A stretch of 61,288 nucleotides of DNA from Macrostomum lignano (Eukaryota). Positions 25,701-36,615 of the stretch are shown here, one piece after another. Within the stretch, counting starts at the first letter, position 1, and every line of letters begins with the position of its first letter. The notes beneath the pieces are model-generated. The model was not told the origin of the DNA, did not search any database, and saw nothing but the letters and a program-made list of their open reading frames with translations. The stretch covers positions 1 to 61,288 of the forward strand of contig NIVC01001093.1 in assembly GCA_002269645.1 (NCBI GenBank), given 5' to 3'. Position numbers and translations under genes: made by a program.

Positions 25701-28700
25701 TTATCTATACTTCATTCCGCTTTTAGGGCACAAGTTTCTGGAGCCGGAATCGATATCAAAGGAGTACCGCCCGGCGTTGATGTGAGTTCAGTTGTACCCA
25801 AGTACCCTAACCATACCCTAACCCTAACTCTAACCCTAAACCAACCCTAACGTTGTGGATGTACATCGGTTTCGTCTTAGCTACTGAAATAACAAAAGAT
25901 TATTTCTAAAACCACTCAGAGCCGTATCGATATTACATGTATGGGGGTTGTAGCCTAGTGGGGGTTAGAGCGTCTGTCTCGCGACTTGAAGGTCGGGGAT
26001 TCGATTCCCGATCCCACTGGAACAATTTGTGTCTTTTATGCAAGACACTTAACTCTGCATTGCTTCAGTTCACACAGCTGTAAAATGGGTGCCAGCATTA
26101 GCTGGGGTAATTGAGGGTGTGTGTGGCGACCCCCCAGTCCTTGGACTGAACAGCCGTACGCAGCCTTCAGATGCGCCGCGCAATAGCTGCGGCTGAGCTG
26201 TCGGTTGCACATCTGACCCAATTGAGGCAGGTATAATAAATTATTATTGTTACTATTATCGATATTTAAAATCTAAGTTAATATCGCATTGTTCGTTTAA
26301 AAAAGGAATTAATTAGATTTTACGTTTCGATCAAATTAAAAATGCTTACTAAAGTCAGCTCACTTAAATATGAGCCCACTAGTGCAGCATGTATATACTG
26401 TATGCGGGACAAAAATGGACTCAGATGCCTAAAGCTTTGAGTCTTTGATTAATATTAAGCCCTATATACAGATTGTCTTATCTTTCCTATCCAGATACTG
26501 TGTTTAAATCTCCTTGATAGCATGAACGTGATGTCTGGTTGGATTTGTCTATCTCTACCGGTAGTTCCCGCAATTTCAACCCCCGAACCGGCAGCCGCAA
26601 ATCCGAGCCGGTCGAGCCCGAGACGGTGGTGCGGCTGCGCGGCCTCCCCTGGCAGGTCGGCGACATCGAGGTGGCCACCGTCTTCTTCAGCGGCCTCAAC
26701 GTCTGTCCGGGCGGCGTCGCCCTCGTTCTCAGCCGGACAGGCGGCCGGCGCAACGGCGAAGCCCTCGTCCGTTTCGAATGCGCCGAGCACCGAGACTTGG
26801 CGCTGCTGCGCCACCGGCGCCACCTGGGCCGGCGCTACATCGAGGTGTTCAAGGCCACCGCGCGCGACTACCTGGCCGTGGCCGCCGCCTGCACGGCGGA
26901 GGCCGAGGAATTCCTGGCTCGGCTTGACGGCTCCGGGCAGCAGCTCATCCGCATGCGGGGCCTCCCCTACGTGGTCACCGCGGAGCAGGTGGTGAGCGAC
27001 AACTCTTGCCAGCCCTGACACCAGATCTGACACCACTCCTGCCAGCCCTGACACCAGCTCTGACACCAGCTCTGACACCAGCCCTGACACCAGCCCTGAC
27101 AACAGCCCTGACACCACTCCTGCCAGCCCTGACACCAGCCCTGACACCAGCCCTGACACCAGCCCTGACACCAGCCCTGACACTAGCCCTGAAACCAGCC
27201 CTGACAACAGCCCTGACACCACTCCTGCCAGCCCTGACACCAGCCCTGACACTAGCCCTGACACCAGCCCTGACACCAGCCCTGACACTAGCTCTGAAAC
27301 CAGCCCTGACAACAGCCCTGACACCAGTCTCAATTATATCAGTTCTACACAACTTGTAAAACAAACTACCAACAAGTATACGGTAGCTTGAAATATTCAA
27401 CGCACCCTTCGGGTGCAATCTCAGCAGACCTAGCAGAGTTAACACGCTGCTAGGCCTTTGGCGGCTTGGTCTGGGAGACTTTTTTATCAAGCTTGTTTCT
27501 CTCACAGCAGCGGCAGGCGGCCAGGCGCTCAGCGTTATCACAGACTGGGCTGCGGTTTTAGCTGGTAGTTATACAGTCTGCATTCAGTGATCTCGTCTGC
27601 GATCCACCGCTGCCAACGCATGCGCCCTGGGTTGTGTGTGTGCAATGCGGTTGGTTCGCGTTAACGCAAAAGAGATCTAATTGTTGCTTGAAAGTATTAG
27701 CTGTTTTTTTAGCCTGGAATCGCTTTATCAGATATTATGGCTTCAAGTGCAGAGGGACTTGCTTTTCAAGCATATAAGCTGGTATTATTGTCTAGCTAAA
27801 TATTTAGTACATTCAGGGGTCAGTAACACGAACAGCTGACACCTCAGACGTTCAGGTGGCTTTGACAGATCTTTGGCGGTAGGGGTTCCAAGGGGTTCCA
27901 AAGTGTTTCAAGGGGTTCCAAAGTGTTTCAAGGGGTTTCAAGGGGTTTCAAGGGGTTCCAAGTGGTTCCAAGGTGTTCCAAGGGGTTTCAAGGGGTTTCA
28001 AGGGGTTCCAAGGGGTTCCAAGGAGTTCCAAGGGGTTTTGAGGTGTTTCAACGGATGTATTGGCGGAGAAAGTGTCACTGAGAGAATATCCAGAGAGGTT
28101 TTCCTGGGTAATCGGTGCGAAATGGAACCGGTTGGTTATAAAAAAAAGAAGTTTCGAAGCTCCTCGTAGTGTTCCGAAGGGAATATACGCTCGTATGAGG
28201 TTCCGAAGCATTACCAGAGTTCTGAAAGAATGTAAGCTCGTAAGTAGTTTGGTAATACATTTACAGCTATGCACTATATTACTACCAAGTAGGCACTAGC
28301 GAAAACGACAATTATTCTCTCTAAAACAAAAAACTCGTCCCCTGCTTTGCCCAGCTGGAATTCTTCGACAAGTCGTCCTGCCCGGTGCAGTTCGGCCGTG
28401 ACGGGCTGCTCTTTGCCCAGCGCGCCGACGGACGCGCCACCGGCGACGCCTTTGCTCTGTTCGCCAGCTCCGAGCGCGCCGAGCGCGCCCTGGAACGCGG
28501 CCACCGTCAGCACATCGGCAGCCGCTACGTGGAATTGTTCAAATCAACCCCGGCTGAGCTCAACCAGGTGCTGGGCGGCTTTCAACAACAACAGCAGCAG
28601 CAGCAGCAGCAGGTTTATCAGCATCAAAAGCAACAGCAGCAAATCCACAGTCAGCAACAACAACAACAGCAGCAGCAGCAGCAAAAGCAACAACAGCTGC

Positions 28701-31261
28701 AGCAGCTGTGGCACCAGCGGCATTTGCTACGCATCGGCGGGATGCCTGCAGAAGCGACCGTTGCCGACATCCTCGGCTTTCTTGAGCAGCACGCGGCCGG
28801 CATCGCCTACCAGGTGAACCTTTTTCGTCACAGCTTCACTCCAGGTGGATTCTCCCAGCAGAGCCCCATGATGGATTCCCCGAGGAAAATCCCATGATTG
28901 AATTCCCAAGGAAAATCCCATGATGGATTTCTATGATGGCTTCGCCTAAGAAAACCCCATGATGGATTTCCATGGATTCCTCGAGGAAAATTTCATAATG
29001 GATTTCCATGGATTCCCCGGGAAAATCCCATGATGCTCCCATTATGGATTCCCAAATGAAAATCCCGTGATGGAATTCCCAAAGAAAATCAAATCATGGA
29101 TTTCTCATGATGGATTCCCCGAGGAAAATCCCATGATGGATTTCCATGGATTCCCCGAGGAAAATCCCATGATGGATTTCCATGGATTTCCCCGAGGAAA
29201 ATCGAATCATGGATTTCCATGAATTCCCCGAGGAAAATCCCATAATGGATTTCCCATGATGGATTCCCGAGGAAAATCCCATGATGGATTTTCTATGATG
29301 GATTCCATAAAAGCCAACTTAGAATTTGTTGGTGTAAAATCGATGTCAATGATTTCCAGATAGAAATAGAAACGAAACTTCCGAATGGCAAACTCAAATA
29401 TTCGTTGCAATTATTCAGAAAATAAATTCTTCCATAGCTGTATTATGTTAAACCACCATGCATCCAACCAGGGGGTGCACCAGGTGTTAAATCATCTGGG
29501 TCAGCCCACCGGCGAGGCGGTCATCGAGATGACGTCAGACTGGGCAGCCCGGATGGCCTGCGAGGCCAAGGACGGCAGTCAGTTCTGGCGACTGGACGGC
29601 CGGGGACCAGGCGGAGTGATTGTCGAAGTGCAGCTCTGTGGCACTGCCGAATTGCCGCCGCCTCCGCCTCCGCCTCCGCCGCCGCCGCTGCCGCAGCACT
29701 TGCTGCCACCGCCAAATCCGTCGCCTCTGATGTCGCACGCCCCGATGTTGCTGCCGCAGTTTCCGTTGCTGACGGTGGCGCACTGCCAGCCGCCCTATTT
29801 CCCGGCCAATCTGCCGGCGGTTCCCGTTGTCCCCGCCTATCCGGTGAGTAGCGCTCTGACACTCTGTTTCAGCTTGTTTTAATCTGTTTCAGCTTGTTTT
29901 AATCTGTTGCAGTTTGTTTGTTTTAATCTGTTGCAGTTTGTTTGTTTTAATCTGTTGCAGTTTGTTTGTTTTAATCTGTTGCAGTTTGTTTGTTTTAATC
30001 TGTTGCAGTTTGTTTGTTTTAATCTGTTGAAGTTTGTTTGTTTTAATCTGTTGCAGTTTGTTTGTTTTAATCTGTTGCAGTTTGTTTGTTTTAATCTGTT
30101 GAAGTTTGTTTGTTTTAATCTGTTGCAGTTTGTTTGTTTTAATCTGTTGCAGTTTGTTTGTTTTAATCTGTTGCAGTTTGTTTGTTTTAATCTGTTGAAG
30201 TTTGTTTGTTTTAATCTGTTGCAGTTTGTTTGTTTTAATCTGTTGCAGTTTGTTTGTTTTAATCTGTTGAAGTTTGTTTGTTTTAATCTGTTGAAGTTTG
30301 TTTGTTTTAATCTGTTGCAGTTTGTTTGTTTTAATCTGTTGAAGTTTGTTTGTTTTAATCTGTTGCAGTTTGTTTGTTTTAATCTGTTGAAGTTTGTTTG
30401 TTTTAATCTGTTGCAGTTTGTTTGTTTTAATCTGTTGCAGTTTGTTTGTTTTAATCTGTTGAAGTTTGTTTGTTTTAATCTGTTGCAGTTTGTTTGTTTT
30501 AATCTGTTGAAGTTTGTTTGTTTTAATCTGTTGCAGTTTGTTTGTTTTAATCTGTTGCAGTTTGTTTGTTTTAATCTGTTGAAGTTTGTTTGTTTTAATC
30601 TGTTGCAGTTTGTTTGTTTTAATCTGTTGCAGTTTGTTTGTTTTAATCTGTTGAAGTTTGTTTGTTTTAATCTGTTGAAGTTTGTTTGTTTTAATCTGTT
30701 GCAGTTTGTTTGTTTTAATCTGTTGAAGTTTGTTTGTTTTAATCTGTTGCAGTTTGTTTGTTTTAATCTGTTGAAGTTTGTTTGTTTTAATTTGTTGCAG
30801 TTTGTTTGTTTTAATCTGTTGCAGTTTGTTTGTTTTAATCTGTTGAAGTTTGTTTGTTTTAATCTGTTGCAGTTTGTTTGTTTTAATCTGTTGAAGTTTG
30901 TTTGCTTTAATTTGTTGCAGTTTGTTTGTTTTAATCTGTTGCAGTTTGTTTGAATTTGTTCGTTTGTTTAATTTAAAGCAATTTGTTTAATTCTGTGCTC
31001 TTAAAATTGAATGTACTTTTACGTCACATTCACAGTTGTTCATGTTCGGTTAGATTAAGCTGTTTTGTACTATGACAGAAATTTTCGTTTTGTATGAAAG
31101 CACCTGCGTCAAATTGAAATGGAACTCCGATCATCCTGTATACTTATCCGTCACACTCGCAGCAGCCGCAGACGGCACCCGCCGTTGGTTCGCCAGTGCC
31201 GCTGCATCCCGTCAGCGCAGAGGGCCGCCTGCTCGCCTCGCAGACAGTGCTGGCCATCTGA
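22713..31261 (+). CDS. ESRP1: Epithelial splicing regulatory protein / fusilli (DnaQ-like N-domain plus 3 quasi-RRMs), 9 exons
   Basis: Exons 22713-22850 (the ORF is open from ATG 22530), 23711-23905, 24489-24717, 25467-25613, 25727-25781, 26565-26991, 28355-28813, 29472-29843, 31163-31261. Phases are consistent. Motifs: ITDGQAPLRLLLHPEA, FHDLRKEF, VVRLRGLPW, GRRNGEALVRF, HRDLALLRHRRHLGRRYIEVFKAT, GRATGDAFALF, SRYVELFKST. Confidence 0.95.
22889..23562. repeat. TGTC/TTG microsatellite mosaic in ESRP intron 1, 674 nt with no adenine
   Basis: Read directly. Confidence 0.95.
23974..24448. repeat. 22-bp minisatellite (TGGATGCGAGTCCCCAGAACCC) in ESRP intron 2
   Basis: Tandem units read directly. 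Confidence 0.97.
24756..25362. repeat. 15-bp minisatellite (TGTCCATCTTGTGTC) in ESRP intron 3
   Basis: Tandem units read directly. Confidence 0.97.
25806..25850. repeat. Short degenerate (CCCTAA)n tract
   Basis: ccctaaccataccctaaccctaactctaaccctaaaccaaccctaac. Confidence 0.6.
25935..26256 (+). mobile_element. Full-length tRNA-derived SINE with a CORE-like central domain (ESRP intron 5)
   Basis: A box TAGCCTAGTGG and B box GATTCGATTCC. The central GCAAGACACTTAACTCTGCATTGCTTCAGTTCACACAGCTGTAAAATGGG resembles the MIR CORE consensus. AT-rich tail, 10-bp TSD TATCGATATT (25925 and 26257), and a second copy at 1752-2266. Confidence 0.85.
27008..27326. repeat. 12-bp minisatellite (CCAGCCCTGACA) in ESRP intron 6
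   Basis: Tandem units read directly. Confidence 0.95.
27884..28040. repeat. 10-bp repeat (AAGGGGTTCC/AAGGGGTTTC) in ESRP intron 6
   Basis: Read directly. Confidence 0.9.
28845..29305. repeat. Degenerate CCCATGATGGATT(T)CC...GAGGAAAAT repeat in ESRP intron 7
   Basis: Read directly. Confidence 0.9.
29862..30955. repeat. 24-bp minisatellite (TTTTAATCTGTTG[C/A]AGTTTGTTTG), about 44 copies, in ESRP intron 8
   Basis: Tandem units read directly. Confidence 0.97.
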
Positions 31262-31483
31262 TTCAACAGTCTCCATCGCGTAATCCAACGATTGGAGTCC
31301 AATATTCTAGGTCACTGCTACTCTGCAGACTGGCATGTCGGCATAAAATTATATAACTTCATCTTCTCATTTCAAGGTCGTTTCAGTTCGTTATTTTATT
31401 GGCTTGAAACATTTGCATGCTTTTAAGTTCTGCATGTATATATTCGTAAAAACAGAGAAAAATCGATAACAGATTAGGGTATA

Positions 31484-31790
31484 GCAGCTGAAGGTGACCC
31501 ACTGAAGGAACAGGCAGGAGCTAAAGGTAAAGGAACAAACAACAGCTGAAGGTGACCCACTGAAGGAACAGACAGGAGCTGAAGGTGACCCACTGAAGGA
31601 ACAGACAGGAGCTGAAGGTGACCCACTGAAGGAACAGACAGGAGCTGAAGGTGACCCACTGAAGGAACAGACAGGAGCTGAAGGTGACCCACTGAAGGAA
31701 CAGACAGGAGCTGAAGGTGACCCACTGAAGGAACAGACAGGAGCTGAAGGTGACCCACTGAAGGAACAGACAGGAGCCGAAGGTCTACCC
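31484..31790. repeat. 33-bp minisatellite (GCTGAAGGTGACCCACTGAAGGAACAGACAGGA)
   Basis: About 9 copies read directly. Confidence 0.95.
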
Positions 31791-32241
31791 CACTGAACTC
31801 TAGGCTTCTCATGAGGTGTACATGTATGTTTAAAATGTTATTCACTTAGCGGTCAAATTTTCTTTTAAAAGTTTTTGTTGACCGATCATTTACATTGTAA
31901 CAAAGCAATTTTTAATTACATTTATTCCAAATATGCATAGTCGCGTTTTTATTTCTGCACATCAGGCCCAATCAGTTGAGGCATGTACAATCGATATAGA
32001 TCGTATTTAAACATTCAAGTAAAGTTTGCATTCCGTAAGCTTTGCGTACCACAATTGTTTGCAAAACATCTATTGACATTTTAATGTACTTATCCAAAAC
32101 ATTTTATAATGCTATCAACCTTTGGCTATTTCATTCCACTAACTCTGTCATTAGCGTCCTATTTTTAAATACATTTCAAGGAACTCCTAAAAGTACGCCA
32201 GTCGCTTTGCAAATTAACAATTATATTCAAAGCATTAAGCA

Positions 32242-34668
32242 TCAGATTGGCTAGATTAGCAATCCAGTCTATTCCTAATCAGATTGGCTAGATTAGCAAC
32301 CCAGTCTATTCCTAATCAGATTGGCTAGATTAGCAACCCAGTCTATTCCTAATCAGATTGGCTAGATTAGCAATCCAGTCTATTCCTAATCAGATTGGCT
32401 AGATTAGCAACCCAGTCTATTCCTAATCAGATTGGCTAGATTAGCAACCCAGTCTATTCCTAATCAGATTGGCTAGATTAGCAACCCAGTCTATTCCTAA
32501 TCAGATTGGCTAGATTAGCAACCCAGTCTATTCCTAATCAGATTGGCTAGATTAGCAATCCAGTCTATTCCTAATCAATTGGCTAGATTAGCAACCCAGT
32601 CTATTCCTAATCAGATTGGCTAGATTAGCAACCCAGTCTATTCCTAATCAGATTGGCTAGATTAGCAACCCAGTCTATTCCTAATCAGATTGGCTAGATT
32701 AGCAACCCAGTCTATTCCTAATCAGATTGGCTAGATTAGCAATCCAGTCTATTCCTAATCAGATTGGCTAGATTAGCAATCCAGTCTATTCCTAATCAGA
32801 TTGGCTAGATTAGCAATCCAGTCTATTCCTAATCAGATTGGCTAGATTAGCAATCCAGTCTATTCCTAATCAGATTGGCTAGATTAGCAATCCAGTCTAT
32901 TCCTAATCAGATTGGCTAGATTAGCAACCCAGTCTATTCCTAATCAGATTGGCTAGATTAGCAATCCAGTCTATTCCTAATCAGATTGGCTAGATTAGCA
33001 ATCCAGTCTATTCCTAATCAGATTGGCTAGATTAGCAATCCAGTCTATTCCTAATCAGATTGGCTAGATTAGCAATCCAGTCTATTCCTAATCAGATTGG
33101 CTAGATTAGCAATCCAGTCTATTCCTAATCAGATTGGCTAGATTAGCAATCCAGTCTATTCCTAATCAGATTGGCTAGATTAGCAATCCAGTCTATTCCT
33201 AATCAGATTGGCTAGATTAGCAATCCAGTCTATTCCTAATCAGATTGGCTAGATTAGCAATCCAGTCTATTCCTAATCAGATTGGCTAGATTAGCAACCC
33301 AGTCTATTCCTAATCAGATTGGCTAGATTAGCAATCCAGTCTATTCCTAATCAGATTGGCTAGATTAGCAATCCAGTCTATTCCTAATCAGATTGGCTAG
33401 ATTAGCAATCCAGTCTATTCCTAATCAGATTGGCTAGATTAGCAATCCAGTCTATTCCTAATCAGATTGGCTAGATTAGCAATCCAGTCTATTCCTAATC
33501 AGATTGGCTAGATTAGCAATCCAGTCTATTCCTAATCAGATTGGCTAGATTAGCAATCCAGTCTATTCCTAATCAGATTGGCTAGATTAGCAATCCAGTC
33601 TATTCCTAATCAGATTGGCTAGATTAGCAATCCAGTCTATTCCTAATCAGATTGGCTAGATTAGCAATCCAGTCTATTCCTAATCAGATTGGCTAGATTA
33701 GCAATCCAGTCTATTCCTAATCAGATTGGCTAGATTAGCAATCCAGTCTATTCCTAATCAGATTGGCTAGATTAGCAATCCAGTCTATTCCTAATCAGAT
33801 TGGCTAGATTAGCAATCCAGTCTATTCCTAATCAGATTGGCTAGATTAGCAATCCAGTCTATTCCTAATCAGATTGGCTAGATTAGCAATCCAGTCTATT
33901 CCTAATCAGATTGGCTAGATTAGCAATCCAGTCTATTCCTAATCAGATTGGCTAGATTAGCAATCCAGTCTATTCCTAATCAGATTGGCTAGATTAGCAA
34001 TCCAGTCTATTCCTAATCAGATTGGCTAGATTAGCAATCCAGTCTATTCCTAATCAGATTGGCTAGATTAGCAATCCAGTCTATTCCTAATCAGATTGGC
34101 TAGATTAGCAATCCAGTCTATTCCTAATCAGATTGGCTAGATTAGCAATCCAGTCTATTCCTAATCAGATTGGCTAGATTAGCAATCCAGTCTATTCCTA
34201 ATCAGATTGGCTAGATTAGCAATCCAGTCTATTCCTAATCAGATTGGCTAGATTAGCAATCCAGTCTATTCCTAATCAGATTGGCTAGATTAGCAATCCA
34301 GTCTATTCCTAATCAGATTGGCTAGATTAGCAATCCAGTCTATTCCTAATCAGATTGGCTAGATTAGCAATCCAGTCTATTCCTAATCAGATTGGCTAGA
34401 TTAGCAATCCAGTCTATTCCTAATCAGATTGGCTAGATTAGCAACCCAGTCTATTCCTAATCAGATTGGCTAGATTAGCAATCCAGTCTATTCCTAATCA
34501 GATTGGCTAGATTAGCAACCCAGTCTATTCCTAATCAGATTGGCTAGATTAGCAATCCAGTCTATTCCTAATCAGATTGGCTAGATTAGCAATCCAGTCT
34601 ATTCCTAATCAGATTGGCTAGATTAGCAATCCAGTCTATTCCTAATTAGATTGGCTAGATTAGCAACC
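32242..34668. repeat. 37-bp satellite (CAGATTGGCTAGATTAGCAA[T/C]CCAGTCTATTCCTAAT), about 65 copies
   Basis: Head-to-tail, near-identical units with no spacers. Confidence 0.98.
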
Positions 34669-35551
34669 TATTTACCACCAATTGTTATTTTAACATCAGA
34701 AACAAAGAGAAGACAGACAGCTAGAGAAACGGGTTAATTCAATTTTAACAATAATCGAGGCAGTAGTATATATATTGTGTACAGTGGAAAGCTGAAAAAA
34801 GGCAAAGCCAGGTAATACCAACTTGTGCGCCGTAATATTGCACAAAATGAAGGCCTACAAAATTGTAGCATTAATTGTGACAAATATCAATTGACTGCAA
34901 CTAATGGATTTTTAGCATGTTAAATCTAAGCGACGATTTACTTATCTGTGAAAAGACAGAAATGGTGCGCAGACCATGTTAAATTGAAACTTGATTTTTC
35001 CAACTGCTGAAAAGCTTCAACAGTAAATAAGAAACGGACTTGTATAACTAATAAAATAATTAATAAATTTGACATTTATATGGAATTTGAAATGTATAAA
35101 TAAATAAAAAGTTTGAACACAGACAACTGCAAATACTATAAATAGTATGTGGAGGCAAAGGCGAATGGTGTTAGAAATGAATTGCGGACAACATTGCAAG
35201 CACAACAGTGTAGCTTATTGGGACACAGAGTCCTTGCATGCGCCTTGGGAATTGAATTTCTAGTTTCCGAAGCAAACCCGTGACAAGCAGTCAGGCCCAC
35301 ACAGGCTCACACAGGGTCTACAGCGGCCCTGACTTTCTCATTAACAGACATGTACACATTCAGTGGTTGGCCAATCGGTCCTCATGGCAAGACAAGGAAT
35401 CAGGCACGAAGTCACGCACGTCAATCCCTGTGCTACCCCCCCCCCCCACCAAAGGGGAGTCTCTGTTTGCGGTTATAACTATTGAAGTGCAAAGAAAATT
35501 GCGGAAGCAGAGTAACTTGCAGACAGAAGTGCCCATTCTTCTCCAAGCCAG

Positions 35552-35941
35552 TCAGGGCTGGTCGCACGGCTCCTGCACCACAACCAGCAGGTAGTCTTTG
35601 TCTGGAGCCACCATAATCTCATTCTTCTTCGATCTGATCCGCAGGAAGGTGAGGTCATTGCCGGCGTCCAGATCGCGAATTGCTGAGCGGGACTTGTGCG
35701 CCAGCTGCTGGATGAGGGCGCAGTACTGCACAGTGAGGCTGCTGTCTGCAAAGGAGCTGCGAATCGGGATACCATCAAAGTTGACAATGATGACGCCAAC
35801 AACGCCTTTGTGCGCCAGGATGCGCTTGAAGGTTTCTTCTACTTCAGCCTGGAACATTTAAGTTCAAACAAGACTCATTAGAAAAAAGATGGTACTCACA
35901 GAATATTCTGTGGATTGTACTAACGAAACTTTGAAATCCAT
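35552..35941 (-). CDS. DYNLRB: Dynein light chain roadblock-type
   Basis: Exon 35848-35552 reads [31 protein letters not shown]...[35 protein letters not shown] probable first exon at 35941-35900 ([14 protein letters not shown]|gtgagt) is in phase. Confidence 0.95.
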
Positions 35942-36240
35942 CTAGTCTGGCATACGAGCTATTAGTCTTAACAAAACTATAAAAATTATATAATTGATCA
36001 AAAAACCTCCCCCAAGTCTTCTGTCACGTTATTGGCGTAGAGGTTATGACCCTTAAAAGGGCCGTTTGACGAGAATTGTCGTAAGTTGTTGTAGTCCCAA
36101 AATGACTTAAAGCCAATTCTTACAATTACAAAGCGGATTGTGTAGCGGAGCACTTGGCGTATAAGGGCAGGAAACTAATTTAATGTTAAGCTAATTTATT
36201 GTCGAGATCAATATTAGACTGGTCAATATCAATACAAAAC

Positions 36241-36615
36241 TTATAGTGTTCTGGGCACTGGCGGCTGCAACAATGGTTTTGAAGTGATTAGAATATGAAG
36301 TCGAGTAGCAGGCGAAGGATACAATGGCGACGCAACGTAGTGAGTGATGTCGATGAGCACAGTGGAGGCAGTGAGTAGTAAGTAGACAGGCAGATAAGTA
36401 GCGGTGAGAGTGGCGTTAGCCGTGGCAGTACACAGTGGAGTACAGAGTGTAAACAGGCTGGCCCAGACAGAGGAGCCGTGGCGAGAGATAAGGAGGCTCG
36501 AGGCAGCCAGGAGAGAGAGAAGGAAAACGAGAGCCAGACGCCCGAAGCCAGAAGTGAGGAGGCCCCCAGCCCGCCGCCAGGCGGGGGTTAATAAAGAGCG
36601 CAGAAGGGTTAGCAT
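36241..36615 (-). CDS. Putative small orphan membrane protein (124 aa)
   Basis: GC-rich ORF island in an AT-rich context, with two hydrophobic stretches; no family recognised. Confidence 0.35.
   Translation of the reverse strand: MLTLLRSLLTPAWRRAGGLLTSGFGRLALVFLLSLLAASSLLISRHGSSVWASLFTLCTPLCTATANATLTATYLPVYLLLTASTVLIDITHYVASPLYPSPATRLHILITSKPLLQPPVPRTL

Noticed and set aside
25806-25850. Telomere or chromosome-fusion scar
   Set aside because: It has only about 6 degenerate CCCTAA units inside an intact intron.
25943-26015. tRNA gene
   Set aside because: A and B boxes are present, but the acceptor and anticodon stems do not pair and the sequence continues into a SINE body with a TSD.
21595-30953. 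Long low-complexity ORFs in the track (e.g. 21595-22359, 22889-23575, 24553-25458, 24740-25636, 29907-30953)
   Set aside because: They are stop-free translations of intronic or intergenic tandem repeats; the true ESRP exons splice around them.
32242-34668. CRISPR array (37-bp, partly palindromic repeat)
   Set aside because: Units are head-to-tail with no unique spacers, there are no cas genes, and the context is eukaryotic.
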